From positions 1 through 54,793 of the forward strand of contig CAXBYZ010000004.1 of NCBI GenBank assembly GCA_963980215.1: 54,793 nt of DNA, in the 5' to 3' direction. The stretch comes from an uncultured bacterium. GTDB lineage: Bacteria; Patescibacteriota; Microgenomatia; UBA1400; CG1-02-47-37. The translations under genes and the position numbers were made by a program. The notes beneath the pieces are model-generated. The model did not search any database and was not told where the DNA came from. It worked only from the letters and a program-made list of their open reading frames with translations. This document shows, piece by piece, positions 9,984 to 21,344 of this stretch (its first letter is position 1; each line of letters starts with the position of its first letter).

Positions 9984-10855
9984 AAAATTTAAGTTTATAT
10001 ACTGGATTGGTTTTCTCTGGTTGGTTGTTTCAATTTGACAAGTTGGTGACGGTGACCTTGGCAATGATTTATTTTTCGATATTAACCTCGAGTGTTTATA
10101 TCCTGAATGATATTGTTGATCTTAAATCAGACAAGAAACATCCTTATAAAAAAAATAGGCCAATTGCTTCTGGAAGATTGCCAGTGGAAGTAGCTTTGTT
10201 TGTGTGTTTGGGTGGATTTTTTATAAGCTTTGCTCTTGGATGGGGTTTATCTTTTTTCTTGTTTTTAACGATGTTGGCCTACTTTGTCTTACAAGTAATC
10301 TACACAAATTTTTTGAAGCATGAGCCGATTATTGACGTAATGATAATTTCTCTTGGTTTTATTTTAAGGGTTTATGCTGGAGCTTTGGTGATAGGAGCCC
10401 ATATCAATGTGTGGTTGTTGTTGTGCATTATTTCTTTTTCACTATTTTTGGCTATTGGAAAAAGAAGAAGTGAGTTGACTTTACTTCAAGGAAAAATAGG
10501 AAGCAGAAAAGTGTTAGGGAGATATCCGGAAAAACTTTTGGATATTTATACTTCGATGTTTGCTAACACGACCTGGTTAACTTATACTCTGTTTACTTTT
10601 ATGTTTCCGGCTTTTTCTTTTTCGGGAAAGGCTTTAACTTTGCTTAATGATTTACCCAAAACTTTTCGATCTGAAAAGTGGCTGATGCTGACTATTCCTC
10701 TGGTGATTTACGGAGTGATGAGGTACCTACATCTAATTTATGAGAAAAATGAAGGGGAGTCTCCTGCTAAGATATTAACTTCTGATAAACCAATGCTCAT
10801 AACTGTAGGAGTTTGGGGGTTATTGGTGGTGGGTATTTTGTATGGACTTAACTAG
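9929..10855 (+). CDS. UbiA family prenyltransferase (decaprenyl-phosphate phosphoribosyltransferase-like)
   Basis: 'RPRQVLKN', 'NDIVDLKSDKKHPYKKNRPIASG', 'GKRRSEL'. Confidence 0.88.
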   Translation: MVKYLYELFKEARPRQVLKNLSLYTGLVFSGWLFQFDKLVTVTLAMIYFSILTSSVYILNDIVDLKSDKKHPYKKNRPIASGRLPVEVALFVCLGGFFISFALGWGLSFFLFLTMLAYFVLQVIYTNFLKHEPIIDVMIISLGFILRVYAGALVIGAHINVWLLLCIISFSLFLAIGKRRSELTLLQGKIGSRKVLGRYPEKLLDIYTSMFANTTWLTYTLFTFMFPAFSFSGKALTLLNDLPKTFRSEKWLMLTIPLVIYGVMRYLHLIYEKNEGESPAKILTSDKPMLITVGVWGLLVVGILYGLN

Positions 10856-10856
10856 G

Positions 10857-11762
10857 TTACTCAAATTTTTCAGCGTACTTGCCTGAAATCCAGCCTTCTT
10901 TGCCGGCTTCATACTCGATTTGATACCAACCGGAATCGGTGTCTACTAGAGGAAAAGTGTCACCGTGATCAACTTTAGTAAGTTCTTCTGATCCAGTGGA
11001 GGCTTCTTCTCGAACCCTAACCCAACCAGCATCTGGAGAGTTGATCTCTACATATGGTCTGGCCAACTCTTCTCCGTCTGCTTTGGGTTTGGGTGAAGAT
11101 TTTGGAGTGGCCTTAGGAGTTGCTTTGGGACTAGTTGTTGGGGAAGCTGAAGGAGTGGCTTCTTGGTCTTTTTCTACTATTACCGGAGTTTCTCCTTCCT
11201 CTCTTGAAAGTTGAACAGAGGCAATGAGTTTGTTGCCTTTGACTGTTTTGGCTTTGATGGTTTTTTGATTAAAACCTGGAGAGGTGATAACTAAAACGTG
11301 GTCACCTTCGGAAATATTATCGATAGATAAAGGGGCAAAACCTCGAGGTTCTCCGTCTAGATTAACTACAGCTCCATCTGGAGTAGAGACAACAGAAATA
11401 GAAGAGGCGCTTTTGTCTGCAAGAGGTTCAAATGAGAGGATTTCTCCTGAAGAAGAGTCGGCAGTAAGACCAAGTTCTCTGTTAACTACGGTTAGAATGC
11501 CTGGGCTTAAAGTAATTCTTCCCTCCCAAGGGTTTAAAGCTTGACCGGTGGATTCAGGAACTATTTTTAAGACGTACTGGCCACTTTTTAGTTTTTCGTT
11601 GTAGTAGGGGGTTTGGCCCAAATGCTCACCGTCCAGAAAGATGGTGGCTTTAGGGGTGGTGGTAACAGAAAGGGCTGATTTTTTACCTCCTGGCAAGATA
11701 GAGCAACCAGAAAGAAGTAAGGGGAAAGCTAGGAGAAATATATATTTTAGTAAGCGATTCAT
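10857..11762 (-). CDS. lipoprotein with two PEGA domains, a Pro/Thr-rich linker and a C-terminal SH3b domain
   Basis: Lipobox 'LSGC'; 'TPKATIFLDG', 'STPDGAVVNLDG'; 'VRVREE...GWYQI...GWISGKY'. Confidence 0.82.
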   Translation of the reverse strand: MNRLLKYIFLLAFPLLLSGCSILPGGKKSALSVTTTPKATIFLDGEHLGQTPYYNEKLKSGQYVLKIVPESTGQALNPWEGRITLSPGILTVVNRELGLTADSSSGEILSFEPLADKSASSISVVSTPDGAVVNLDGEPRGFAPLSIDNISEGDHVLVITSPGFNQKTIKAKTVKGNKLIASVQLSREEGETPVIVEKDQEATPSASPTTSPKATPKATPKSSPKPKADGEELARPYVEINSPDAGWVRVREEASTGSEELTKVDHGDTFPLVDTDSGWYQIEYEAGKEGWISGKYAEKFE

Positions 11763-11824
11763 CTCAAGGAGATTCTATCAAAATAAAGCAATTATTACAA
11801 TAATTCTGGTAGAATAGAGGTTAT

Positions 11825-11899
11825 GGCCTAGTGGCGAAGTGGAAACGCGGCTGTCTGCAAAACAGCTATGCGTCGGTTCGATTCCGACCTAGGCCTCCA
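11825..11899 (+). tRNA. tRNA-Cys (GCA)
   Basis: Acceptor stem GGCCTAG/CTAGGCC, anticodon arm GCTGT-CTGCAAA-ACAGC, T-loop GGTTCGATTCC, discriminator T and encoded CCA. Confidence 0.96.
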
Positions 11900-11902
11900 T
11901 TA

Positions 11903-11930
11903 TTGACATTATAGGTTGTTGTGGTATACT
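11903..11930 (+). promoter_or_regulatory. sigma70-type promoter
   Basis: TTGACA-16nt-TATACT with extended -10 TG. Confidence 0.55.
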
Positions 11931-11937
11931 ACTTGAT

Positions 11938-11967
11938 AGTCCTTGCAAAAACGCGAGGATTTTTTTA
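11938..11967 (+). terminator. putative intrinsic terminator
   Basis: AGTCCTTGC-aaaaac-GCGAGGATT followed by a T-run. Confidence 0.5.
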
Positions 11968-11986
11968 TGGCTGAATAAGCCATAAG

Positions 11987-12706
11987 ATGAAACGAAACTT
12001 ATTTTTGTTTTTAAAACTACTGGCAAGTTGGTTGGTTTTGACCTTCTGGTCAGCCTTGCTAGCTACTGTTATGTTCCCCTATCAGGTCTTTAGAGTTTTT
12101 GTGCCGAAACGAAAACCTGGCAGACCGGGTGGGAGTTTATTGTCTAAATTCTTTAAACAAGCTTTTGAGAATAAGAAAACCAAGAAGTTTGTTGGAGTAG
12201 GTTTAACGGTTGTGATTATGTTTTTTGGGTTGATGGGTAATATCTTGGCAGCTAATACTAGTGTAGCTAATGAACCAACTTTGATAGCTAGCCCAAACGC
12301 AAATATTTTAACCATGACGACTCTTCAAAAACCATTTCATGGGGTAGTGGCTCAAGGGTATCATAGCTTTCACAAGGCTATTGATGTTTTGTCACCTGTG
12401 GGTACTGAGATTAGGCCGATTGCTGCTGGAGTGGTAACTGAAGCTCAATTTGGCAGATTAGGATGGGGTACAACTTTAGTGATTGAACATGATGGAGGCT
12501 TAGTTTCCAGGTATGCTCACTTAAAAGAGATGAAGGTAATTGAGGGAGAGAGAGTTTCTGCCACACAAGCAATTGGGACTGTTGGAATGACGGGTTGGAC
12601 AACTGGACCACATTTACACTTAGAGATTTATCTGGGTGGAAGAGCGATTGACCCTTTGAGTGTGTTGCCTAGTTTTGATCCGGTAAAACTAGCTCGGGTA
12701 CGGTAA
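11987..12706 (+). CDS. membrane-anchored M23 family metallopeptidase
   Basis: 'HKAID', 'YAHL', 'TGWTTGPHLHLE'. Confidence 0.9.
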   Translation: MKRNLFLFLKLLASWLVLTFWSALLATVMFPYQVFRVFVPKRKPGRPGGSLLSKFFKQAFENKKTKKFVGVGLTVVIMFFGLMGNILAANTSVANEPTLIASPNANILTMTTLQKPFHGVVAQGYHSFHKAIDVLSPVGTEIRPIAAGVVTEAQFGRLGWGTTLVIEHDGGLVSRYAHLKEMKVIEGERVSATQAIGTVGMTGWTTGPHLHLEIYLGGRAIDPLSVLPSFDPVKLARVR

Positions 12707-12842
12707 GCAAATTAATTTCTCCGGCTTGCTGGCGATTGGCTGAGAAGAGAGAGATGCCTAGAATAGCGAGGCTTAAAATTAGCAAAGTGATTGAGGTAAG
12801 AATTCCTAGAAAATATTTGTGGAGTTTTTTTAGTTGTAACAT
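12669..12842 (-). CDS. small single-TM protein, 57 aa (below the ORF-track cutoff)
   Basis: Manual translation MLQLKKLHKYFLGILTSITLLILSLAILGISLFSANRQQAGEINLLTVPELVLPDQN*; ATG 3 nt after the SDR stop. Confidence 0.5.
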   Translation of the reverse strand: MLQLKKLHKYFLGILTSITLLILSLAILGISLFSANRQQAGEINLLTVPELVLPDQN

Positions 12843-12845
12843 TTA

Positions 12846-13553
12846 TTAGTATTCTACCCTAATTTCATGAATCCAAATTTTTGGAGGACGAGACAATATA
12901 TAGACAATGGTGTCGGCTAGATCTGCTGGATTAGTGAATTTTTCAAGAGGTGGGGTTTCTCCAGTTTTATGAAACATTTGAGTGTTGGTGCCACTTTGAT
13001 AAATTCCTGCAACCCTAATATGAGTGCCTTTAAGGTCGGCTTTTAGGGTTTCAGTAAAGCCTCTAACACCCCACTTACTAGCAGTGTAGACTGATTGACC
13101 AGCCTGAGCGGTGACACCAGATTTTGAAGAGACGTTGATGATGGCAGCGTCTTTTTGTGTTTTGAGGTGAGGCAAAATAAGATTGGTGGCGTGGATTAAA
13201 GAGGTTAAATTGGTTTGAATAACGTCGTCAATAATTACTGGCTTAACTTTTTCAATAGGCATCATTTTTTGCCAAATGCCAGCACAGTTGATTAAGATAT
13301 TAATTTGCTTGAAGTCTTTGGCAATAGATTTTATGGTTTGAGTTAGTTTTTCGGTGTTGCGAATATCACAAGGGTAGGCTTGAACTTTTTTGGCACCAAG
13401 CTTGCTGGCTTGTTTGGCAACTTCTTTTAAGTTTGATTCTGTTCGACTAATTAAAGCAAGGTTTGTGCCTTGTTTGGCTAGTTTTAGGGCAATTTGTTTG
13501 CCAATACCCTGACTAGCTCCGGTAATAATGGCGGTTTTGTTTTTTAAGTTCAT
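12846..13553 (-). CDS. short-chain dehydrogenase/reductase
   Basis: 'TGASQGIG', 'NCAG', 'YTASK'. Confidence 0.92.
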   Translation of the reverse strand: MNLKNKTAIITGASQGIGKQIALKLAKQGTNLALISRTESNLKEVAKQASKLGAKKVQAYPCDIRNTEKLTQTIKSIAKDFKQINILINCAGIWQKMMPIEKVKPVIIDDVIQTNLTSLIHATNLILPHLKTQKDAAIINVSSKSGVTAQAGQSVYTASKWGVRGFTETLKADLKGTHIRVAGIYQSGTNTQMFHKTGETPPLEKFTNPADLADTIVYILSRPPKIWIHEIRVEY

Positions 13554-14551
13554 AGTTTGTTTTTAATTTCTTTAATTGTATATCTTTTTTGCTTAAGTTG
13601 GCGAATTTTTTTAATTTGTTTAATCATGCTTGAGTCGTAAAGCTGGTAGCCACCGTTTGAGTGACTGCTGACAGTGAGTAAGCTTTGAGTTGTCCAGAAC
13701 CTAATAGTAGAAACTGTTTCTTTTGAGGCTTTAGCTAATTGACCAATTTTAAGTAAAGGTGAAGGTTTTTTGCTTGAAGGTTCCGAACTAAATTTCGGAA
13801 AGTTCGGAACCCGCGGAACTCTGGCGGACAGATAAATATCTAAAGAATTATTGACTGATTGGTAAATTAATTTATAGTAGCTGTCCAAGCTACCGCCTAT
13901 CTGAGCGGTTTCTAAAGATTTTAGATAGGCAAGTCTATTTGTTAGCTTAATAATAATAGGCGGATAGCCTGCTTTAATTAAGAAAAGGTTCATTAGTAGT
14001 CTAGCGGTGCGACCATTTCCGTCTGCAAAAGGGTGAATAGTAACCAAGTGATAGTGAGCATCAGCGGCTAGCTTAACTGGATGAAGTGATTTATTTAAGT
14101 TAATTTTGTGAACAAATTTGGTCATTAAGGTTTTGATTTTTGTTGGATTAGGCATGATGACTCTGGATCCAGCAATTCTAACGGCAGTGCTTCTGTATCT
14201 ACCAGCACTTTGATCGTCTATTTTTGAGAGAATTATTTGGTGAAGATCTAAAATGTCATTTTCTTTTAGAGTGTAGTTTTTTTTAGCAAGAGAATAAACA
14301 TAATCCAAGGCTTGGGCATGATTAGTGGCTTCTAGGTGTTCTTTTAAAGATTTACCGTTAACAGTGATGCCTTTATCTAAAACTATCGCAGTTTGCTGTC
14401 GTGAAAGAGTATTACCCTCAATAGCGTTTGAGGTGTAGGTTAACTCGACTCTAAGCCAATCCTTAAGGTTTCTAGATAGATCCTTTGGAAGAGGCTTGGC
14501 CTGATCGAGTTTTTTCTTTTTATCGTCAATAATCTTAAGCAGGTTTTTCAT
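13550..14551 (-). CDS. Fic family protein with C-terminal MerR-type HTH
   Basis: 'SNAIEGN' autoinhibitory motif, 'HPFADGNGRTAR', C-terminal 'LKIGQLAK...TIRFW...GGYQLY'. Confidence 0.88.
   Translation of the reverse strand: MKNLLKIIDDKKKKLDQAKPLPKDLSRNLKDWLRVELTYTSNAIEGNTLSRQQTAIVLDKGITVNGKSLKEHLEATNHAQALDYVYSLAKKNYTLKENDILDLHQIILSKIDDQSAGRYRSTAVRIAGSRVIMPNPTKIKTLMTKFVHKINLNKSLHPVKLAADAHYHLVTIHPFADGNGRTARLLMNLFLIKAGYPPIIIKLTNRLAYLKSLETAQIGGSLDSYYKLIYQSVNNSLDIYLSARVPRVPNFPKFSSEPSSKKPSPLLKIGQLAKASKETVSTIRFWTTQSLLTVSSHSNGGYQLYDSSMIKQIKKIRQLKQKRYTIKEIKNKL
13777..13811 (+). repeat. family-I doublet in the Fic-MerR linker
   Basis: AAGGTTCCGAAC-taaatttcggaa-AGTTCGGAACC; encodes RVPNFPKFSSEP on the minus strand. 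Confidence 0.88.
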
Positions 14552-14627
14552 TCTAGTGTGAAGTATAAAGTATTACTTAATGGTTGTCAAATTAAAAATA
14601 ATTGACGGGGACCTGTCATAAGGTACC

Positions 14628-14658
14628 AAAAACCCCTCCGATGTGCTCGGAGGGGTTT
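14628..14658 (-). terminator. rho-independent terminator of groES-groEL
   Basis: AAACCCCTCCGA-tgtgc-TCGGAGGGGTTT stem with a T-run on the minus strand. Confidence 0.85.
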
Positions 14659-14675
14659 GAGATTTTTTAACTTGC

Positions 14676-14713
14676 AAGGTTCTGAACTCGAACTTCTTTT
14701 GAAGTTCGGAACC
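14676..14713 (+). repeat. family-I doublet, intergenic (3' of groEL)
   Basis: AAGGTTCTGAAC-tcgaacttcttttga-AGTTCGGAACC, with internal CGAACTTC-tttt-GAAGTTCG hairpin. Confidence 0.85.
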
Positions 14714-14725
14714 AACGAACTTTGC

Positions 14726-16679
<1,954 letters not shown>

Positions 16680-16722
16680 AAGCTTCCTCCTATAAATTAT
16701 TTAAATATTTAATAAAATTAAG

Positions 16723-16749
16723 CTATCACTCGATGATAGCAAGTGCTAG
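16723..16749. promoter_or_regulatory. degenerate CIRCE (HrcA operator)
   Basis: CTATCACTC-N9-AAGTGCTAG versus consensus TTAGCACTC-N9-GAGTGCTAA, immediately upstream of groES. Confidence 0.7.
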
Positions 16750-16772
16750 TGTATGAGATTTAAAAAACTTTG

Positions 16773-17162
16773 TCAAGCAGGGATTGTGTGGGCTTGAAGC
16801 CAAGCGGCTATAATCTCGACTGAGAAATTTTTATTTTCTGAGTTAACGGCAAACTCAACTAACTCCTGATGGGAATATTTTAGCTTAAGGTTATTTATTT
16901 CCAAAAACATCAACGTTGCTGAGCTTGAAGTTCTTTTGTTGCCATCAATAAAACCATGATTTTTTGTTAATGACTGCCAGAGAGCTCCTGCTTTTTTGAA
17001 AATGTTTGGATAAAGATCTTTGCCGGCAAATGATGATTGTGGCCTAAAGATGGCTGAGTGAAGTAAGTTCCAATCTCTGATTCCTAAACTACCACCTGTT
17101 TTTTTAACGATTTCGTCGTGAAGAAAAACAACTTGTTCAATGGTGAGGTATACAATCGACAT
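16773..17162 (-). CDS. Doc (death-on-curing) family toxin
   Basis: 'LLHSAIFRP', 'NHGFIDGNKRT'. Confidence 0.9.
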   Translation of the reverse strand: MSIVYLTIEQVVFLHDEIVKKTGGSLGIRDWNLLHSAIFRPQSSFAGKDLYPNIFKKAGALWQSLTKNHGFIDGNKRTSSSATLMFLEINNLKLKYSHQELVEFAVNSENKNFSVEIIAAWLQAHTIPA

Positions 17163-17419
17163 TAAAGTCTAGCAAGTTTTTCTAAGGCTGGCTTGTGGCG
17201 TTTGATAAAGCTATCAACTCGTTTGACAAATTGAGGAGATAGGCTTGATTTTATTAGTTTATCTGAGTTTTTTATGTTAGTTTGAACTTTAAGAACTCCT
17301 GTGTTTGCTTCGATAGCGGTAGTAACGGTGTGGCCGGTAGAAAGATTAGCTTGTTTGACAAATTCTTTGGGCAAAGTGATTCCTAATGAGTTACCAACTT
17401 TAATTATTTTTTGAGTCAT
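17162..17419 (-). CDS. AbrB/MazE-type antitoxin
   Basis: 'KIIKVGNSLGITLPK'; likely start MTQK at 17419; coupled to doc. Confidence 0.85.
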   Translation of the reverse strand: MTQKIIKVGNSLGITLPKEFVKQANLSTGHTVTTAIEANTGVLKVQTNIKNSDKLIKSSLSPQFVKRVDSFIKRHKPALEKLARL

Positions 17420-17458
17420 AGTTATAACTATGTTATAACATGGGTAATTAACTGTCAA
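17417..17458 (-). promoter_or_regulatory. TA promoter with tandem palindromic operators
   Basis: CATAGTTATAACTATG (17417-17432) and ATGTTATAACAT (17430-17441); TTGACA-17nt-TAACAT on the minus strand. Confidence 0.7.
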
Positions 17459-18191
17459 GTAAAAATTTCTTAACTTTTTGAATTAATACTTCTCTATCCT
17501 CTGGTTTGCTAAAATTGTGACCGCCATTAATTTCTTGATAAGTAAGATTTTTTATTTGCTTGTAGTGTTCGTAGTTGTCATTACCAGCAACATCATCTTG
17601 CATTGGTTTTAGGATTAAAAGTTTGGTGTTTTCAGCTAGTCTCACAACAGCCTGGTGCTCATCAAGATTTTTGATTACTTGCCAAAAAGACGGGCCAATT
17701 TTTGTAATGTCCCCAGAAGATCTGGGATAAATAGTTATCCCTTTTTCATCGACTCTGCCTCCTTGTTTGATAATTCTGTCTTGGATGGCTGGGCCAATAT
17801 CTGCGGCGGTGCTGGGTGGAGCGCCGAGAATGGTTTTGGCTATCCCTTCTGGATTTAACATGGCGGTAATAAAACAACCCATGGAGTGAGCATAAATATA
17901 TATCTGTCCAGAAAAATTATTATTTACGTAGTTAATAATCGTGTTTAAATCTTTCGTTTGTTTTATGTAGTCTACATCTACATCTCTACCCTCTGACAAA
18001 CCATAGCCAGTAAAATCAAAGCGGATAATTCTTAAACTACCTTTTAAGCTTTTAACAAAATCTGGAAAAAGATTTTGGCTTTCATCTTTGCCCGTGCCAA
18101 AGCCGTGAACGAGGATTAAGGTTTTAGATGAGTTTTGGTCTCCTTCAATTACAAAGTCAATATTTTCTCCTGATGGATTATTTATTTTCAT
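17448..18191 (-). CDS. alpha/beta hydrolase
   Basis: 'LVHGFG', 'RFDFTGYGLSEG', 'AHSMG', D and 'GGHNF' catalytic positions. Confidence 0.88.
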   Translation of the reverse strand: MKINNPSGENIDFVIEGDQNSSKTLILVHGFGTGKDESQNLFPDFVKSLKGSLRIIRFDFTGYGLSEGRDVDVDYIKQTKDLNTIINYVNNNFSGQIYIYAHSMGCFITAMLNPEGIAKTILGAPPSTAADIGPAIQDRIIKQGGRVDEKGITIYPRSSGDITKIGPSFWQVIKNLDEHQAVVRLAENTKLLILKPMQDDVAGNDNYEHYKQIKNLTYQEINGGHNFSKPEDREVLIQKVKKFLLDS

Positions 18192-18239
18192 AAGGAATTA
18201 TATCAAAAAATGTAAACGTATTTTATACTATGTGGTAGT

Positions 18240-19115
18240 ATGAACTCTTTATCCTCTCCTGAAACCCCAAAAGGGCTTGAATGTGACACAACATCCCATG
18301 AATTTAATGTTGAGGGTGGAAATGTTCCAATCACTGAATACATTTCTAGGAATCCTGAATCTAAAGTCGATGGTGTGTGTTGTGTCGTTCTGACTGGATT
18401 TAAACAGATGAACCTTGATGACCCAATTCCTGCTATTGCTTCTGTTTGTGCTAATAAATTTGGTAAAAGTGTAATTGTGGGCGAAACTGTAATTGAAGGT
18501 ACAAAATCACCTTTAGAGTTTGTTGTGAATAGGCACCTTGCAATGCTAATGGCTATCAACAATATTGTGGATAAAACACAAGCTAGGGAAATTATCCTGG
18601 TGGGGTTTTCGCTGGGAGGCTCTTTGGCTTTAAGTTTAGCAAGAGGTTTTCCTCCCACGAAACTTAAAGCAAGCTTAAAATCTATTATATCTCTTGGAGC
18701 TCCTAAGCGCCCTCATTGGTTAAATCTGCCATATTTTCAATCTAAGTCTGAATTCGATTTTGAAAGTGGATATTATATAGTTGGCAATAGGGGCTTGAGA
18801 GTTCCATTATTCGAGGCAATGGATGTTTCTAGATTTGATCCAAAGAAAATTATTAATAGATTAACAAAATCTGGTGTTAATATTCATTCTGTTAGAATGA
18901 GGGGTGATAGAGTGGTTCCTAGAAAAGATTCAGTAACTGATGGTATAAATTCAATGTTAACTCCAAGATTGAAAACATATTTAATTTCTGGAGATATTGA
19001 TGGTTTGAGCCCCTCAGATATTCATAGCTGGCGAGGCACGGAAAGAAATCGTCAATTGTTGGTTGATGTTTTGGGAAAAATTTTGGATAATGAAAGGAAG
19101 GAAATAAAGGTATAA
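18240..19115 (+). CDS. divergent alpha/beta hydrolase-fold protein
   Basis: 'LVGFSLGG' nucleophile elbow, 'GDRVVP', 'DIH'. Confidence 0.65.
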   Translation: MNSLSSPETPKGLECDTTSHEFNVEGGNVPITEYISRNPESKVDGVCCVVLTGFKQMNLDDPIPAIASVCANKFGKSVIVGETVIEGTKSPLEFVVNRHLAMLMAINNIVDKTQAREIILVGFSLGGSLALSLARGFPPTKLKASLKSIISLGAPKRPHWLNLPYFQSKSEFDFESGYYIVGNRGLRVPLFEAMDVSRFDPKKIINRLTKSGVNIHSVRMRGDRVVPRKDSVTDGINSMLTPRLKTYLISGDIDGLSPSDIHSWRGTERNRQLLVDVLGKILDNERKEIKV

Positions 19116-19121
19116 TGGTTT

Positions 19122-19883
19122 TTGATGATTGATGGAAATGTAGTTAGATTAATTAATCGGGAAAATTGGGTGGAGATTGATTTGGTGGGGGCAAGAATTA
19201 AGAGGTTGGTTTTGGACAATAAAATAGTTTTGTCGAGCTTTACTAGGATTGATGGCAAGGTGGGGTCAACTCACCCATGCACCCCAAACTTTGATAAAGA
19301 CAAAAGAGGAGTTGGGACTCAATTACCCCAACATGGACCGGCTAGAAATGAGGTTTGGGAAAAGCTGGAAGAACGAAGTAACAAATTAAGGCTGGGATAT
19401 AAGATCGACGGTAAGCTGTATCCTGAGTTTTTGGGACTAGAAGTAGAACAGGTTTTTTTGCTGGAAAATAACTCATTTACGATTGAAACTGGGCATAAAA
19501 ACAAAGGTAACCAGGCAATGCCGGTAAATTTTGGAGAGCATTTTTATTTTAAGACCTTAAAGTCTGGCTGGGAGAGAGTGATGGTAAATGGAGTAAAAAT
19601 AGCCAAGAAAGTTAAAATTACCGGAAGAGTTAATCTAAAAAATCATAATATAATTACGGGTCTTGGTGTTGGGGATATAAATATGGAAATATCTGGATTG
19701 CCGATGGCAACAACTTGGGCGGGTTGTGATGAAAATAAGTATGATCAAGAGTATGTGTGTATAGAACCGGTGGAGGGCAGACGGGCTTTTGGCGATGATC
19801 CTGGATTTTTTGGAACTAAAGAAAGCATGATTCAGGCTGGAGATTCGAGGACAACTATAATTAAGTTGAGTTTAAATAACTAA
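19122..19883 (+). CDS. aldose 1-epimerase / galactose mutarotase-like protein
   Basis: 'LPQHGPAR', 'GEHFYF', 'YVCIEP'. Confidence 0.78.
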   Translation: MMIDGNVVRLINRENWVEIDLVGARIKRLVLDNKIVLSSFTRIDGKVGSTHPCTPNFDKDKRGVGTQLPQHGPARNEVWEKLEERSNKLRLGYKIDGKLYPEFLGLEVEQVFLLENNSFTIETGHKNKGNQAMPVNFGEHFYFKTLKSGWERVMVNGVKIAKKVKITGRVNLKNHNIITGLGVGDINMEISGLPMATTWAGCDENKYDQEYVCIEPVEGRRAFGDDPGFFGTKESMIQAGDSRTTIIKLSLNN

Positions 19884-19885
19884 CT

Positions 19886-20716
19886 TTAGTCATAAAACTG
19901 GCGGTAGCGAGAGTAAAGGGAGTGGAAGTTTTTACACCAAGTTTTTGTGTAGTTAATTGAAGTGAAAAAAGGTCTTAAGTCTGCTATTAAATCTTTTGAT
20001 GTAATGGGCTTGATTTTTTTATCTAGAGCTGGCCAAATAATGGTGGGTGTATAGCCTGAGTGCTTGAGTCGTTTTTTGTCTGGTAAGACTTCTTTGCTCA
20101 TGTACCAAATTAAATCATAAAAGTCGCGACCCTTGATAAGAATATCTGTGTCACCTTTTTTGAAAACTCTTTCTAGGCAAGCAACTATTTTCCCTGCCAT
20201 TAAGACTGGTAGGCTGTAGTGCTTGATAACTGTAGAGATTTGATTTTCCTGAAGCATAGAAATTTTTGTATCCAAACCGCTACCGGAGGATGAGTGAGAA
20301 ATCTCCACCTTAAGATGAAGTTTTTCTGAAGCCATAGGAGATAAACCAAGCTTATTTAAAATAGGAAATTTAAAAGTAATTCTATTAATTTTTTCTCCTG
20401 ACTGAATTTTGTAGTCAACATTTTTAAACTTTAACTTTTTAAAGTAATCGCTGACAGTGTCAGCAAAATCATTAAGATCGACTTTCTTTCCTGAAGTAAA
20501 GTCTAGATCTTCAGACATTCTGTCTAAGCCGTAAGCTTTTTTTAAAGCTGTGCCTCCGTAGAAAATTAAGTTCTGTCCGTGTGGGCTGCTATAAATAGCA
20601 GATAAAATATGGGTTTGAAGGTACTCTTTTAGTAAAATCCTAGTAGTTAAGCTATCAAGCTTGTCTGATTTGGCGTCCCTGACAATTTTTTGAAGTTTTT
20701 TATAAATTGGGTGCAT
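19886..20716 (-). CDS. AbiEii/AbiGii nucleotidyltransferase toxin (type IV TA)
   Basis: 'FYGGTALK...RMSEDLDF', 'KGRDFYDL'. Confidence 0.9.
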   Translation of the reverse strand: MHPIYKKLQKIVRDAKSDKLDSLTTRILLKEYLQTHILSAIYSSPHGQNLIFYGGTALKKAYGLDRMSEDLDFTSGKKVDLNDFADTVSDYFKKLKFKNVDYKIQSGEKINRITFKFPILNKLGLSPMASEKLHLKVEISHSSSGSGLDTKISMLQENQISTVIKHYSLPVLMAGKIVACLERVFKKGDTDILIKGRDFYDLIWYMSKEVLPDKKRLKHSGYTPTIIWPALDKKIKPITSKDLIADLRPFFTSINYTKTWCKNFHSLYSRYRQFYD

Positions 20717-21341
20717 AAGATTTTAGTTGATGTTTAATAAAATTGGCTTTAGGCTGTCCAATTAGCTTGAGATAGCGCTTGAATTCACGCCAATCATTTT
20801 TAGTAAATATATCTAACTTGAGGCGTTTTTCTTCGACTAAGTTGTAGTTTTTATTTAAGTTTGTTGTGGCGAAAAAATATAGATAATCAAACAAAGCCTT
20901 TGCTTTGGAGGCAATAAAGTAAGTGTTATCACCAAAATCTTTTTCTATGTAACCGGTAAATAGATCTTCTTTTATTTTCTGATAAGTGAAAGATCCGAGA
21001 TTATTTTCAAAATTTCTAGTAGTTTTTAGGCTGACGCTGGTAAATAGTCTAACTCCTTCAGTGAGAATATCAAATTTAGCTAAAACATATTCCAATGAGA
21101 GATAGGATGGATTACAAAGAGTATTGGCGATAAATTCTTTATATTCTGATTTGTGGCCGTTTTTTTCAAAATAAGATCCAGTAGTGTAAAAGCCGTTTTT
21201 TAGCTTAACAAGTTTATTTTTGGCCAACATTCTTTTGATGCTGATGTCTAAAGTGTTGCTAGGCTCCTGAGTAATTACTCTTAAAGAGTTTTTAGTGAAG
21301 GAGGGTAGTTTGTTGAGCTGATTTAAAGTGGTTGTTTTCAT
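20700..21341 (-). CDS. AbiEi-type antitoxin / transcriptional regulator
   Basis: 'LKNGFY', 'PSYLSLEYVL', 'KALFDYLY'; likely start MKTTT; overlaps AbiEii. Confidence 0.85.
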   Translation of the reverse strand: MKTTTLNQLNKLPSFTKNSLRVITQEPSNTLDISIKRMLAKNKLVKLKNGFYTTGSYFEKNGHKSEYKEFIANTLCNPSYLSLEYVLAKFDILTEGVRLFTSVSLKTTRNFENNLGSFTYQKIKEDLFTGYIEKDFGDNTYFIASKAKALFDYLYFFATTNLNKNYNLVEEKRLKLDIFTKNDWREFKRYLKLIGQPKANFIKHQLKSYAPNL

Positions 21342-21344
21342 ATT

